A stretch of 64,000 nt of DNA, counting the filler, from Sphacelaria rigidula (taxonomy: Eukaryota): assembly GCA_964200075.2 (NCBI GenBank). It is 3 parts of 3 records of this genome, joined end to end, with 100 filler letters (N's around TTAATTAATTAA, not from the genome) between each part and the next. Parts side by side here need not be neighbours in the genome. Positions count along the whole stretch, not along the records: positions 43,918 to 64,000 come from CAXNAA020000571.1; 2 more parts are not named here. One strand, 5' to 3'. The position numbers were made by a program, and so were the translations under genes. This document shows positions 48,732 through 62,873 of this stretch, in pieces (position 1 is the stretch's first letter; each line of letters begins with the position of its first letter). The notes under the pieces were generated by a model, which saw nothing but the letters and a program-made list of their open reading frames with translations, did not search any database and had not been told where the DNA came from.

Positions 48732-51700
48732 ATGTGCAGCTTGCGGATAGACGAAGTCGCCTACAGGCTTGTGGCCAATCCGTGGTTCGACCGCTTTATT
48801 ATCATGATGATCCTCATCAACTGTGTGTTCTTGGCTTTGTATGACCCTACCAAGACCCACGACAAGCAGGCCACATTTATTGTGGTTGGCGATTATGTGT
48901 TCTCCATCATCTTCACAGCGGAATTGCTTGTCAAGTGGATAGCCCTCAGCGTACCAACCTACTTCAGAGACAAGTGGAATTGGTGAGTGCTTTGACAGAA
49001 CAGGTTACCAACACCACACAGCACTTTCACTAGGGTGGACAGTCAACGCCATTCTCAGTGCTTGAACTAGCTTTCCGCATCCACACTGTATATATATATA
49101 TGTATATATATATATACGTGTGTATCTACTTGAGGACGAAGGACGCGCTCACGATATCCAGTAGGGTAGTCGAGCGCTCATCTAAACCCGTGCAGTGATA
49201 CTCTGTCACACGTTGACTTCGCACGTTTTTCTCGTGGACTTCCCGTGATTCAGGGTGGACTTTATTGTGGTCTTGGAAAGTGTGACCAGCATGATCCTTG
49301 ATGCATTGCATAGCACAAATAATCTGGATGTGTCTGCGCTGCGGGCCCTCCGCGTCCTTCGACCTTTGCGAGCCGTGACCTACATCCAACAGGTTCGTTT
49401 TGTCGTTCTCGTCCGATAGCGAGGGGTACATGCATGTGAACGGGCAATATGTATGTAGAGACACACGGTGCACGAGTACTCTGTGCACTGTGTTCCGGTA
49501 GCTTCAAGTGCAATGAGATGGCAACTGCCACACACTGACTGGGATTTCGTTGTTCATCGAAGCAGCGCGCCGCAGTAATGCCTGTGCACTCTCGGCCGTT
49601 ACCCTCTTGCAGACAACGAACGCCAAGGATGTGCCGGTGGACTGGAATTGGAGATATGTGCACCTGGGGGGGTGGGGAAGCAGATTACAAGATCTGTGTA
49701 CTCGATGGTTGCCAAAGACAAAAAGGAGTTAGCTAGTCGACATCTCAAGCGATATATGTGCTATTTTCGCCTCTCTGGATAGTACCGTGCGTCCTTTGCT
49801 TTTATTGCGTGACACTACCTACCCTGCCCGCTAGTACCGTGGTAGATTGTCTGTGGAGCAAAACACACGAAGTGGACAAGGATATGTTTACTGGTAGTGC
49901 CAACGATACTGCCCTAACCCCCTAGTGCTTTATGAGTATTAATGAACATATATGAGTCGGCACTACATGGTTCCACATAGAGAATCTTCATGGAAACGAC
50001 TTTCAATTGATCGGAAGTGTTTATGAAGGCTCACACCCATGTTCTTGGTTTATCCTGTACAGTGGGGGTCCCGGCGTAGTGCAGCGGGTCGCTAGCGCGG
50101 CATGAACGCACTATTATGCTGAGACCCTGCCGCATGCTGGAATAGTACAACTACTTGATTTCAGTAGAGCGGATTGGACGTGTGAAAAATGATGTTTACG
50201 GTGCTGTGGTGGCACCCCGCACGGAGCAGCACTGTGGTGGGATGTAACAGCAACGTGCACGCCCACTACCCGCTGGAGCATAAGTCTAATACTTGAAACC
50301 AGGCCACAATATGCCGCGGATATTGTCACCCCCCCCCCCAAAAAAAAAATCCACCGGGTTCCAAATTGTGGGGCCTACATGCCTCGAAATCGAAGCGTGG
50401 GCACCTCTGACTAAATGCGAGTTGTGTCCCTACGAGTTACTTACGGGCTGGGCCAGGCGGCTGTATTTTTAGTGTGGTTAACAACAGGTCATACGCAGCC
50501 TACTTTGAGGAGTTAGGCGCTGAGGTTTTGACAATAGTTACTTATTATCGCGACACGAAACATATATTCAAGCAACGACGAAAAGTTGATCTGGAAGTTC
50601 AAGCGATTTGAATTTTCATTAAAATATAAAAATATCTCGACTTCCTGAAAGGAATTAATAACGGGGATTGCTTGATTCGCGATTTTTGAACTTGGGTGGA
50701 GAAGATCCCTGTCATTTTTCGGTTCAAATCTCCTGTAATTGGGCTGTGCTTGCAACGTTTTTTGGAGTGTCGCTGCGCTCAAGTGGTTTAACCGATTGAG
50801 AAGTTCAGTCAATGGAGGTCATGGGTTTGAATCCCGGCACGAAAATGTTATATTTTGCAACTGTGAGAAAAAACGATCACCATCGGCGATTGCACCGCGG
50901 AAAAGCGTTGCAGCCCACTTCCAGTTGGATACATGTGCCTGTGCTCATTGTATGTGACAATCGGCTCGGAGGTCCTCTCCCATGATGCAGCTGCTCACGA
51001 GTTCGATGTTATCTCGTAGCATACCCAGTGCACTCTTTATCTCCGTATCAATGTCATATACGAAAGTCTGCCGGGTTTAATTACAAAAGAAATATCAGAA
51101 CATGGTTGCAAGCCACGAAATGAGACGCACCTCATACTTAATGTAGTACAATAGCACCATCCCCAAAACTGTGCCAATCGAACGGCGGCGGGTCCGGAGA
51201 TCACAGCGATATGCTCACATCGAGATGATTCGGAAGAGCGAAAGAGTTGTTGTGAGCTCAGAACGGGTTCCACGTTTTACGACTGGCCCAGCTCACACGT
51301 GTCACCTACGTGTCATCTTGTAGCTGGACCCTTGGAGCACTGGCGGAGATGAAGCAGTAAACAAGAGTTTCGACATACAGTAGTTGGAACTACAATTGCT
51401 CGTAGCTGATAGCTGTAGGAGAGTATGTGACCGTGCAAAAATCGCTGAAAGCCCCGTAAACAGCTTCGAATGTGTGTACTACGCCCTGCCCGATTTCTGA
51501 TCAGCAAGGCCATTGCTAAGACAGCCTACGGCTGAATGTTGTTTTTTTTATATCAAGCTGAATCATTGTCTACTGTACCCAGTCCCTCCAAAATTGAAGA
51601 CAAGTGAAATCACAAAGACGCACCAATACGATGTATCCGAGACCCCCTAATATTCTCCGAGGGCTTTGTGTTCGCAAGGTGTGTAATGTATGTTGACCAG

Positions 51701-54700
51701 CAATAATATCATGATTACGTCGACTTGTGTGCAGGTGAAACTCCTTTTTGAAACAGTCATCAGCGCATTCAGAGTGGTGAATACGCTTCTCTTTTGCGTC
51801 GGTTGCGCTCTCCTCTTCTTCGGGAATGTCGGGTGAGTTGGCAGTTACTCACTTTGTAGTAGAATGAGTAAGGCAAAATGCATCGGTGATGGTAAGACGA
51901 ACGCAAAAGGTGAAACAGAAAATGCTGACCCACTCTTTTTACATCGTAATACTCAGCCCTGATGCCACATGGGCTGATGCCTCCGTCTAATCGTCGGACG
52001 TATTTTTACACCAACCCTTGATGAGGGCTCGACTCTCAGAAAACCCACATTTCCATTGAACACACTCTTGGATCGAAGCTTCCAGCACCGTTTCACTCCA
52101 TACTACGCCGCAGGTTTGAGGAAGTTTGCTGGGTTGTCAGATCCCATTCCCGAGACAACGATTGCAGGCAATAAGAACTCAAAAACCCAACAGACCACTG
52201 CGGTTTGCTGTGATTTCGAGTCGCGATCCCCAAAATAACGATTGCCGACAGTACGTACGCCGGAATCAGAGATATCATCGCTAGAAATACAATACGGCGG
52301 GAGTCGAGTTCAATCCACTTGTGGCGCGAATTTGTCTGCGAATGCCTCGGTGTCAGGTACACCTGTTGGGCAGATGTGTTCGAAAACACCTGTCTCGACG
52401 AGTCTTCTCACGAGGCGCTTGATATCGGACTATCCTGTGGTCTAGGGTACACGTGTCCTGACGGGTACAAATGCCTCCCCAGGAACGATATCATCGTCAT
52501 CAACAACACCAATGCCAACACCTCCAGCGAACTCATGTTCGAGCTCAACTACGGGGTTACCGGATACTACGACATATGGCACGCGTGGCTTCAGGTGTAT
52601 ACTCGGTCGACTGCTTCAGCGCGTTCATTCTCTGACACTAGCTTACCCCGCATGAAGTACACTTCCGGGGGGTGGGCATCCGTTTGTTGACTCCATTTGA
52701 ATTGGCGAGAATGTTCAAAACAAGGCGAACTAAGCAGAAACGAGAAGAGCCACGACCACGAATGTTGTTCCTGCGGATGCTTTTCTGCAATATTTTGCTC
52801 CACACATTCCCTTGCCCCGTTGGTGTTGCCTCAATTTAAGGTTCACGCCTACGATCAGGTCAATACTCGGCTCACACGAAATTCTTGTTGCTTGTTTAAC
52901 AGGCATTCCAGGTGGTATCACTAGACGGCTGGCAGCAAGTGATGTGGCACACTCAAGATGCTGCGGGGTATGTGACATGGGTGTACTTCCTCGTGCTTAT
53001 GATCTTGGGCAGCGTTCTGCTTGTCTCTGTGAGTACCCACATATACGATTTACCCCGTTCCCGCCCATTTCACCCGCTGTTCCAGTACCACCTATCCATT
53101 ATTATGAGGAGCCCGTTGCTCAGTTGTGGACGGCTACCTAAGCATATGAATATCTATATTACATGCTGTTATCGACTATTATACTCTTCCTCTGTGACGC
53201 ACGGTACGGAGAGTTTGTGATTCTTTCCGATCAACTCACATTCAATAATGTTTTCCGATACAACCTAATTCTTGGAATTCGACAACAGAATAATTGCAAG
53301 TTCCCTTCTCAGTTTCAGAAGCCTGCGCAATACCTGTAGCGGTGGACTGAAAAAAAATATCAAAACATTTCCCATGTTTGTCGCAAGCCAGTCCTTGTAG
53401 GTTGCGCTACTTACTTTCGTGATGTGTCTGAATAAATGTTGAATCGAATGCCGCTATTGTTGCTTCCTCGGTAAATGGCCTTAGTAACGTTTTTCACGAA
53501 ACAGTTTTAATCGAGCAGGAGGTGAGAATCTAGCTCGGAGAATCAGGTCGAAGCGCTAAAGTTGCAGTACTGTTTGTATCCCCTTCGAATATCAGGTCTT
53601 GACCTGATTTCGGTGTCAACAGGGAAAAGAATCGTCGAACATCAAACTTGAAATCAACGGTTTTTTACCGGTTTTATACCGCATGCTGTCGCAGAGGTCA
53701 ACTGAATGAGGTTATTGCACACTACGTTGTATACCTGTAAAGATTTATCTCTAACCAAATATTGGATACTCGTTTATTCTTACAGTATCCGACGTTCGCA
53801 GCAGAAGTGTTCTTACTGTGTTCGCTTTGGACATCAGACGCCGTCCGACGAATAGTATTCACCACACTTATTCGAGTTTCGCCTTCAGCCATGCTTTCTG
53901 AGGTTTTCATCCAGACCGGAGACAAACATCAACCAGAAGAAGCTATGTCAGAAGCGCCCTGGATTATTACCCTGGTGGTTTCCTCTACACCCCGCGAGTA
54001 CGGAATGGCAGTGCCTACGTTCAACCTCCGATCAAACGTGAACTTAATATCGCTATCCACCGTTTCCCTTGAATGCTGAACTGTAACTTAAGCGCATGAT
54101 GAGTTTTTCTTTTCCAATTCCGTTCCCGCTCGTATATTTCCGGTGCTGAGTTTCCCCGAGTTGGAGACGACCGTCAAAAACGAGGAGCGTCATCGGATGT
54201 TGCGCGGCTGTTGTACTCGAAGCTTGATTCGAGTACCAGGGTTGAATCGAGTGCTCTCGTTGGCATGCCATTTTCTTACACTACGTCCTCAGATGTTCCC
54301 CGCTGTAATTTCAACGAAGCTGGAGGCGGCCATCGAGCGTGAAGAGGAGCGAAAGCGGAAAGAGATTGAACAGGGCAAGAACACAATCATACGCAAAGGC
54401 ACCCATGCCAAAAAAGGCACACAACTGAGCGAACTCGAACTGCTCGTGAATGACTACTCCAGGATAGAAGCCGATGAGATTGCGGTGAGACTATATCTCT
54501 AGCATCCCTAGCCATTACCCATGAGTCCCAACTCTAACTCTACACTTGACCTCAAACCTTACGACCGAGAACCAAAAACCTCATGCTGACCGTGACCCTA
54601 AGCCGTAAAGGCGTAAAGCCGTAACGACTGTTCCAGAATGCAAGTCTGTGACCCGACACCAGCTTTCGGCGAAAACACACCCAGACTGGGTTGCACGTCG

Positions 54701-57700
54701 AGTTTGATGTGCAGTTTGGGGTACAGTGAAATTGTGATGAAACCAATTGGTCACTTTCTCCGAGAAATGTTTAAACTCTGGTGTGGCCGTCCGGGAGACC
54801 AATCGACGACCTCCGGTCCGACATGGACACGTCTTGCACGCCTGGAGATTGCATTCATGCGCGCATGGTGGTTCAGGATAATTTATGTGTTTCCGGCCGC
54901 CCATTCTATTCAACAGTAGTTTAATGATTAGCCGCCACTTAACAATGGATTTGACGGTTGCAATTTAGACTTGGAAACAGAGAAGTGTTCGATATGTGGG
55001 TGTATTTAAGGGGAGGACAGGGAACAGCTAGCTCTTGCAGAGCAGCAGCCGAACCATCTCTCACCGACCTTCACGCTGTGTTTTTAATCTCGGTCCAGGT
55101 GATCGAGCGATTAGCTGCAGTTCGGCGAGGCCAAGTGACGCAAAAGCAGGAGGAGGAACCAAGGCTGCCTCCGGGGACACCATTCCCTGACAGCTCTCTC
55201 GCAAACCGCCTGCGAAAGTCCATACAGTTGGAGCTCGGACCTCTCTCTATCCTGGTGTACACTGTCACCTTCATCAACGCCCTGGTATTGTGCCTGAACA
55301 GAGCAGATGCCGAGGAAAGCACAACAGTGGTTCTTAGTCAGGTGGGTTCGATAGTTGAGCCCATGGCACACCACCTGGTTCGCTTGATGCCAATATACAC
55401 GGTTGAACATGCCTTTGTCCATGTTCCCAATCCGATGAATCGCTCAACGATAGGAGGGTATCCAACGAATATCTCCGGCGGCTTCGTCGCCCGGGGGTAG
55501 TGCTTCTACTGCAGCAGCTTGAGGGGGAAACCCGAGTCTTCTCGGTATCGTGGTGCGCTCGAGCGTCTAACTCCCATGACCGCGTCACTTGGTCATCCGC
55601 CATTGAAGTTTCTTTGCAACTTTGAACGTGCCCTTCTCTTCGATTTAATGTTACGTTGTGATTATTCCGACAGAAACCATCCCAACTGACTGGTGTGTTG
55701 GGGATTGAAAAATGAGGGCGAAAATCGTCCGGTAGGTAACTCTCGACGAAACGTACGCCGAGTAAGGGTGACTACAATGGAGAACTAGACGAAAATGACA
55801 GGAAAGACCGCGTTGTGTGAAACAGCTTTTTATGAGATGCGTTGACAGCGGGCTTTTGTGAATGTGTTGTCGCACAAAAAACGTTGAAAGCGCGCTGGTT
55901 GAGGGTTTCACAAGAAGGGCACTACTACGATGGATATTTCTAGGCAAGCATATCTTGTGCACTACTGCATGTGCAGTCGACTAGTACGAGACATAGAACC
56001 CTCTTCCCTCTCGGGCAGGCCTTCTTAGTCGCAATATCCATGAGTAAACGAATGGTGCTTAACAGGTAAAAACGGATTTTGCCGTCTACCGGCCAATTTT
56101 GTTTCTATTCGGCTCCACAGTGTTATCTACAGAATAGTATTGTTTCATGGTTACGCGCATCCTGCACTCTGCGGTGTTGCATGGTGTCAAAATGCCGCTG
56201 CACCTGAAGCAGTGTCACGGGTCCACCGTTCGCATGTGGTGCTTCTATGATGAATGCGATGCCTCTCTCGTTACTGTTTGTTGTCAATTCCTCGTCACGA
56301 TTAACGGATCTTGTTTTTCAGATGCATTACATACCTCCGCGACGCATGCCTCTTACTCTTGGTTTTCCCTGTATTTTCAATCAGTGAGACGGAGCACTGT
56401 TTTACGGTTGGCGGATTGATCAATTGTTTGATGGATTTATTCATTCATCCATTGGTTGGTTCGTTGGTCGATCGCTTGTCTTACATTAAGTGATCCACTA
56501 CGAATGCAGTCGTGGTCATTAGATAGATGTGTGTACCCAAGGCGAATACACGGCTTCACGGAATTGAGAAAATTCGAGAAATGGGAAAGATACAGAAGAA
56601 GAAAACACACGTAGTAGAGTGAACACGAAAATAAGCAAACAACGGCAGGCCTCGGCCGCATGGCTTACGGTGAGGAGACCGTGCAAACCAAACCAACGCA
56701 AAACGAAACGAAACGGTTCGAAACGAAGCGAAACAAGTGTACCTACCATACCGATCGTTTCCCTGCTTGCTCCCTTCGTCGCGCTTGCTGATGCTTCCCC
56801 CGACAGCTCGATGACGTCTTCACGGTATTCTTCGTGTTGGAGATGATGCTCAAACTCGGTCTACTAGGGCCGGCCGCCTACTTCGCCGACTACTACAACA
56901 TGTTCGATTTCACGATCACGTGGCTTGGCCTTTGTGAAATCATTTTTCAGGTACAGCAGTACAGTAGGTTGCCTCGCTACGCTGCACCCAGGTTGCAAGC
57001 ACAAAATGAGCACCGTAGTACCGTATGGGATGGCCCATATCTTGCAGGAATGGGGTCGGAAATTGCTTCCTGTTGCCCCCAATCGAAAACCTTTTACAGC
57101 TTCGAGAGTAAGCCTAACTCTAACCCCAACCCTAACCCTAACCCTATTCCTGACGCTACGTTCATCGTGGGCGCCTCATGTGAGCCAATAAAATGCTCCA
57201 ATAATTTCATCTGTTATTTGTGAAGGAACTTGTTCGAGAGATCGTAAACGGAGCGCGCGCATAATCAGCTCTGTTCATAACGTAGATCTACCTGCTGTGT
57301 GATAAACTCCGCATTTACACGGCATGACCACAGTGCACAGTCACATTCTCACACCGTAGACGGGTGCTTCAGTAATGCTAGGTTTTCTGTATTATTTTAA
57401 TCCCAATCCATACGCAGCGTGGAGGATGATATCTCGTTCATAAAAATCAGTGCCACGGTTGGAGCTTTAAGGCATTCATTCATCGGTGCCATCGTGCATT
57501 TCGTGCTCGTGTGCCTTCGTAGGCTACCGCATCCTTTCACCAGAAAACCAGAGCCGTCGTACGCTAGGGGTCCCCTTGAATGATGGTCCGTTCTTCGGTG
57601 TCGTTGCCACCATGTTGATGAAACAATTGTGCAACCGAGCGCAATCTTCGTAACACGTTTTTCATGGCTACACACCCGCTCGCTGACCATGGGATAGGCC

Positions 57701-60700
57701 CTTCCTTCCGTTCTTTTGTATAGTCAATCTCGCAGCGCCTCTAATCTCGTTATCCAACAACAACACGATCGAAGTAAGTAGAGGAGGTCCTCTACGTTTA
57801 CGTTCAAAGTGCGTACAAATAAAAAATTGCTACATCTAATGCTATTTGCGCCGTGACTCGTGTCCAACTCTGCCCAGACGGCTAGATTTGTCACCGGATC
57901 GAGAGTGATTCGCATTTTCAGGATCGCACGAGTCCTTCGACTGGCTACCCTAGGGAGACTCAACAACGGGAAGCTCAATCCTTCACCGCAGGTGAAAACA
58001 CCCGTGCCCAACTAAAGGCGGTTGCCGGGGTCAACGGTCCTTCTTCTGCTGAGAGCGGGTATTTGGTACCCATCACCGGGCCTGAACCTTAAGGCATTGA
58101 AATGACTCATCGCTCACCATGAAAGCACTTGCCTGTCACTTGGTGATGTAATGCGTGAGAGGACCGCGTACTTAGAGGATCGCACTGGAATTTTAAAATC
58201 CCTATGGTTAGGGTTAGGGTTAGGGTTAGGGTTAGTGTTGGGGTTAGGGTCAGGCGCGTGGTCCCTGCAGGGACTGGCCCGATTGGTTTCGAAAAACGTC
58301 GGTCCTGGGGTGTTTCGGACTAAGGCGCGGTCCTCTAAGCACGCGGTTCTCTCACGCATTACAGATGGTGTCCTTACGCCCATGAAAATGTTGGTATGAT
58401 GTGGACGGGTCACCTAGTTGTTGTTGTCGATACGATACAGCCGTGGGTGGCCTGCACAGGAATGGTTCTCGTTCGAAACGATCGTTCTATTCGGTGGTGT
58501 GACTTGATCGTTTAACGGTGCTTCTTCGCTACCTTGGCCAGCGACAAGAAACCTTCAGGTGAACATTGTACGCATGGTGTGCACATGCTTACGCCATCCC
58601 CGGCGCAGGCGGCCGGCAGCACTCTTGCCACGTAGCGTGTTGATGGATGGATCGAGTGATTCATCCGTTGTTGAGTGTCGGAGCTATTGACGTCATTCTG
58701 TATCTGCTTGCATTTTTATGCTAAAAAAATCGATGAATTTCCCGAACTCAAACTTGCAGGTGGACTTCGCGCGCATGGTGGGCATCTTCATGTCCTCCCT
58801 TCCGTGGATACTCAACATTTACGCCGTACTTCTGCTGCTCATGTACACTTTCTCTGTACTGGGCATGCAATTCTTCGGCGACGCCTTGTCCGACACGCAC
58901 ACACATGAGGACAATTCCCTTGCGTTCAACTATCGCAGTTTTGGAAAGGTGAACAAACTTTGCGATCCAACGGCACCACAACCGGTGCTGTTGGTTCCGC
59001 ATTACTTCGGGAAATCCCATATTTATATTAGTACCACGTAGTTCAACCATCATGCTTCCGTCATCTTCCCGTACCAACTCGCCAAACAATCATCGCATGT
59101 TTCCGGAAATATGCCAAAAAGGATGCGCAATTGTTATTCTTCTACAGCTTCGTGGGTGGAAGTATTCGCTTGAAAACCCCGAGCGTTGCATGCCCGGCAA
59201 GCGGAAGTGTATGTCGATTGAACCGAGGATTAATCACACCGTTTTATTGAAATCAACAGTTCGGGGCGTTATTCACGAGACTCCCTATTCAGACTTTTCC
59301 GGAAATTTTTCCGACTTCTCCAAAAACAGAAATGCTGACAAAAAATCCAACGAAAAATCTTCTGAGTATCATGTAGTCAGTCTTGGAGTGTTCTCTTCCT
59401 GTACCTTGTTGAGAAATTGCTGCTACACGTTCCGGGGAGAAGAATCCGGAAAAGTTGGAAAAGTCTCGAAAATAACAGCGCCGTAAGTAACGACCCTCAG
59501 TCAAACTCATTTCGGTCGTCTGGTTTAGATCAATACTCGAACGCGATCGAACAAATTCGAGGAACGCAGTTTCGGAAAAGTGCTCCGAAATTCAGTCAGT
59601 ATGAATGCAGCTGCTGCAGATTCGAAACTATCCCATTCACAAAGTCCGCGCTACGTTTTACGCGCAATTCAAACTATGTTCCATCGGGAAAGTACTTGGA
59701 AAACGTTCTATTTGTGAGTAACTATGGTTCTAAGTGTAGTAGTGTATCCGAACCCCTGGTCTAGACATGAGACGCATTTCTGCATGCCACGAAATTGCGG
59801 TGGAAATTTTGCGTGTGTCGCTCGGGTACTGTGAAATCCAATCTTGCAGACGAAGCAACATTTAACTACCAAGACGAGACCCGTCCTCCCATCGCTGTTT
59901 TTTCCAATCTTTTGCTTGTTCCTCCAGCCATATTTTTATTTTTTCATTCATTTATTTATTTATTTTATTCATTTATCGCACTCTGAACCCCTCCCCTTCC
60001 TCGAGACGAGTCTGTGATCCCAAGGGATGGACCCATCTCTCCCCGGTACACGCCTTGCATTTTGGTCTTGCGGATCGGGTCAGCGCTTCCGCACCGCGTC
60101 AACTCACGTCAAACAAAACCGGTCGACTACTTTGTTTCCTCACGTTCTCACGTTTTCCATGGTGGAAATCAGATGTTACGAAGAAATAACCCAACGCAAA
60201 GGAAATCGAACCCTCGTTCTCTCCACCCTATTGGCGACAGTCGGACCATTACACAACCGGGGCGCGGCGGCAACATGGCAGCACGCAACCCGAGATTCGT
60301 TAACGTGTTTGGTGTGTCGGCTCGCGGCCGGTTGCATATCCCGCACACCCACCCTATTCCGGGAAACTAAACGGAATGGACAAGCTCACCTCTGGCAATA
60401 TTCACTCTCCTTGCTTGTTTTCGTGTTTGTACGCAATCTCCCCACAACACAGGCCGTAATCACCATACTGGATCTTCTCACGGGAAACCTCTGGAGCGAG
60501 GTGCTATTCGAAACTGTCAGAGCTACTCATCAGCAAGGCGAGTCATCCAACAAGAGGCAGCGGGATATCAACTTTCACCGCCGGGATATCTGTTCCGCCT
60601 GGAATACTGTCGCTCTCACCCCCCAACCGTCTTGTTGTACTGCCTTCTAGCCCCAGGCGCATCTCCTCAAGCGATACCACCAATGCCAGAGTAGTATCCA

Positions 60701-62873
60701 CAAGCGATCAATTCCACGCCGGGTCTGATCTTTCGACTCGATACCAATCTATCCTCCAATCAATACAGGTGGCATAGCGTTTTATGTGCTGTGGCTTATG
60801 CTATCCCGCTGGCTGGTGGTGGCGATGGTTGTGACGGTTTTCTTTTACCGTATTGATGTGGACACCGAAGAGTATCTCAAGATTGTAGCGAGGAACTCGA
60901 TGCGGTCCGTGTTTGCGCTCGAGCACGCCTTCATGCAGTGTCACAAAAGCCACGTATTCCACACCTGGCGGAGGTGAGAACCGCGCGTGATACAAGGGCC
61001 ATGTCGTATCAGGGGACAATATTTCCTTCCAACGCATTGCGCAGCTGCAGTACTCCATAGTATCTTCTAGCGAAAATCACACCGTTTACACGCGACCTAC
61101 AACAGAACCCCTTCCGTAAAGTCGCCGAATTCCAATATTTTCTGGCCATATATGGTGAATTTGATGCGTTGTGACTGCATTCCGTGCTGATGCGTGCTTC
61201 GCCGACACATGCCGCACCAGTGCAGGGGATCAACCCTTTATCCGCACATGGCGGCGAATGTGCATACCGTATAATTGAATACGCCACGGCGTCACATGGA
61301 TTGAATACCTGGATACAATACAAGCGGCAGAACTTTCTACAGTACAACATGTCGAAATAGTAGTCTAAATCTAAACGTTCCAGCAAGAGACAAATAGTCG
61401 ATGAATGTATATGCAGCGTCTTCGCGGATTCTGCATTGGAACCGAAATTCTCTTTTTGCTCTTCGCCTCTGCCAATCAACCAACGTCGCACCAGACGCTA
61501 CGAAGAGGCCACAGGCAATCGCAAGTCCAACAAGGGCCAGATGAAGCTGGTGGAATACTCCCCTCCAGCGGCACAGCCGAGCCTATGGAAGCGGGTCCGC
61601 ACCTCGAAGCGATCTCTGTTGCTTTTCACGCGGGACAACCCCGTGCGTGAACTGTGTCGGTGGATTACATCACCCTCTCTCGGCCAAATTATCCCGCAGT
61701 TCCACACAAGGGGTGGTACATCCGACATGGACCGTCGCGTTTCCAGCGGCAGCGTTAACACAGCGATCAGCAGTATTGGCAACGGAGGTTCCGTTAGGGG
61801 TAGTGGTGCCGGGGGCTGGGGGGGAGGTTCTGTGGTGCAGCAGGGGGGCATACGAAAGGGGAGCTCATCAAAGAGCGGAGGACGAGAGCAGAGCGCACGA
61901 ACGCTTAGTTGCTGGGATAAGTTTATTTTCGAAAGGCCGAGGGTGCATCGTTTTGCGCGATATCTCTGGGAGCTCGCGATGTCTGTTGCCGTTCTGCTTA
62001 CCATGATTGGCGTATCTTTTGACGTGGAGTTGTTGACGGGCCGCATGTCACGGGCTGGCATGTCGACGGAATGGCTTGTCGTGGAGAACATTGTGCTCGT
62101 CATGTTTTGCCTGGAAGTACTGATGTTGTGTGTTGCCGACGGGCTGTTTTTTCTCCCCAATGCGTATTTAAGAAAACCTGTGCATTGCGTTGATTTTGTT
62201 GTGACAGTGGTGTCTGTGGTGCGTGTGATGGCCTTTGACGGTGAGCGGTGGGATGACTCTCGAGCTATTTGTATGCTGAGGGCTGTCAGAGGGCTACGAG
62301 CGCTGCGCCTGATCAAGGTAAGATGTTAATTGGAGGTTACCTTACTGTCCCTGAGTGTGGCGCTACTTTGCGGATGGAGCGTTGGGCACACCATTTCTAC
62401 GTTTTCACCGCAGGCTACGTCGACAGTTCCCGACGATTGTGACCCGAAACGAGTGTGGTCCATGGCCGTATCTGCCAATTACGCGAGGTTGCAGCGCCGA
62501 GTTTCCAACGGGGTACGTCGAGGTCGCATAGGCACTGGCTGCTGTTAATTTTCTTGGGTAGGAGCAACTTAACTGTGACTCTGCTGACCAATAGTCAGGT
62601 CGACTACTAGCTGCGAATGAGATTAATGAGTTTATTCAAGTGCACACGCCTTGACGACCTGTGTTTTACTCGCTGGGGCATAGGCGCTACTCGTACTTGA
62701 GTGGCAAGAGACACGCCTAGTTCATTTCAAGTATTTTTAACGTGCAGGTGCTGTGTGCGGCAGAAGGGCTTGCCCGTGTGCTGGAAGCTATTCGCTCTTC
62801 GGGGAGGGCACTCTGTCTGGCCTTTCTCATCACTCTATTCTTCTGGATGCAGTTCGCCATCATGGGCCAACAG
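48732..62873 (+). CDS. Multi-repeat voltage-gated Ca2+/Na+ channel alpha-subunit-like protein (repeats I, II and part of III; continues past window)
   Basis: 14 phase-compatible exons: 48732-48982, 49254-49392, 51735-51832, 52357-52594, 52903-53028, 54293-54484, 55099-55341, 56807-56950, 57878-57991, 58760-58948, 60453-60537, 60769-60973, 61495-62317, 62748-62873. S1 WFDRFIIMMILINCVFLA; S3 YFRDKWNWVDFIVV; S4s LRALRVLRPLRAV, SRVIRIFRIARVLRL, LRAVRGLRALRLIK; P-loops VVSLDGW and LLTGNLW. True start uncertain. Confidence 0.95.
50769..50842 (+). mobile_element. Degenerate tRNA-like SINE head (intronic)
   Basis: A-box-like GCGCTCAAGTGG and B-box-like GGTTTGAATCCC at tRNA-like spacing. Confidence 0.4.
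57113..57146. repeat. Interstitial telomere-like (CCCTAA)n tract
   Basis: CCTAACTCTAACCCCAACCCTAACCCTAACCCTA. Confidence 0.75.
58147..58363 (-). mobile_element. MITE carrying (TTAGGG)n, copy 2 (opposite orientation, in channel intron)
   Basis: Same TIRs and internal sequence as 45273-45489; four perfect TTAGGG units from 58208. Confidence 0.92.
59263..59482. repeat. Imperfect inverted repeat, MITE-like (intronic)
   Basis: GGCGTTATTCACGAGACT...ACTTTTCCGGA pairs with TCCGGAAAAGT...AGTCTCGAAAATAACAGCGCC. Confidence 0.5.

Noticed and set aside
58147-58363. Chromosome end
   Set aside because: Only a few TTAGGG units, enclosed by TIRs within an intron.
61498-62316. 272-aa minus-strand ORF
   Set aside because: Antisense shadow of the large channel exon.
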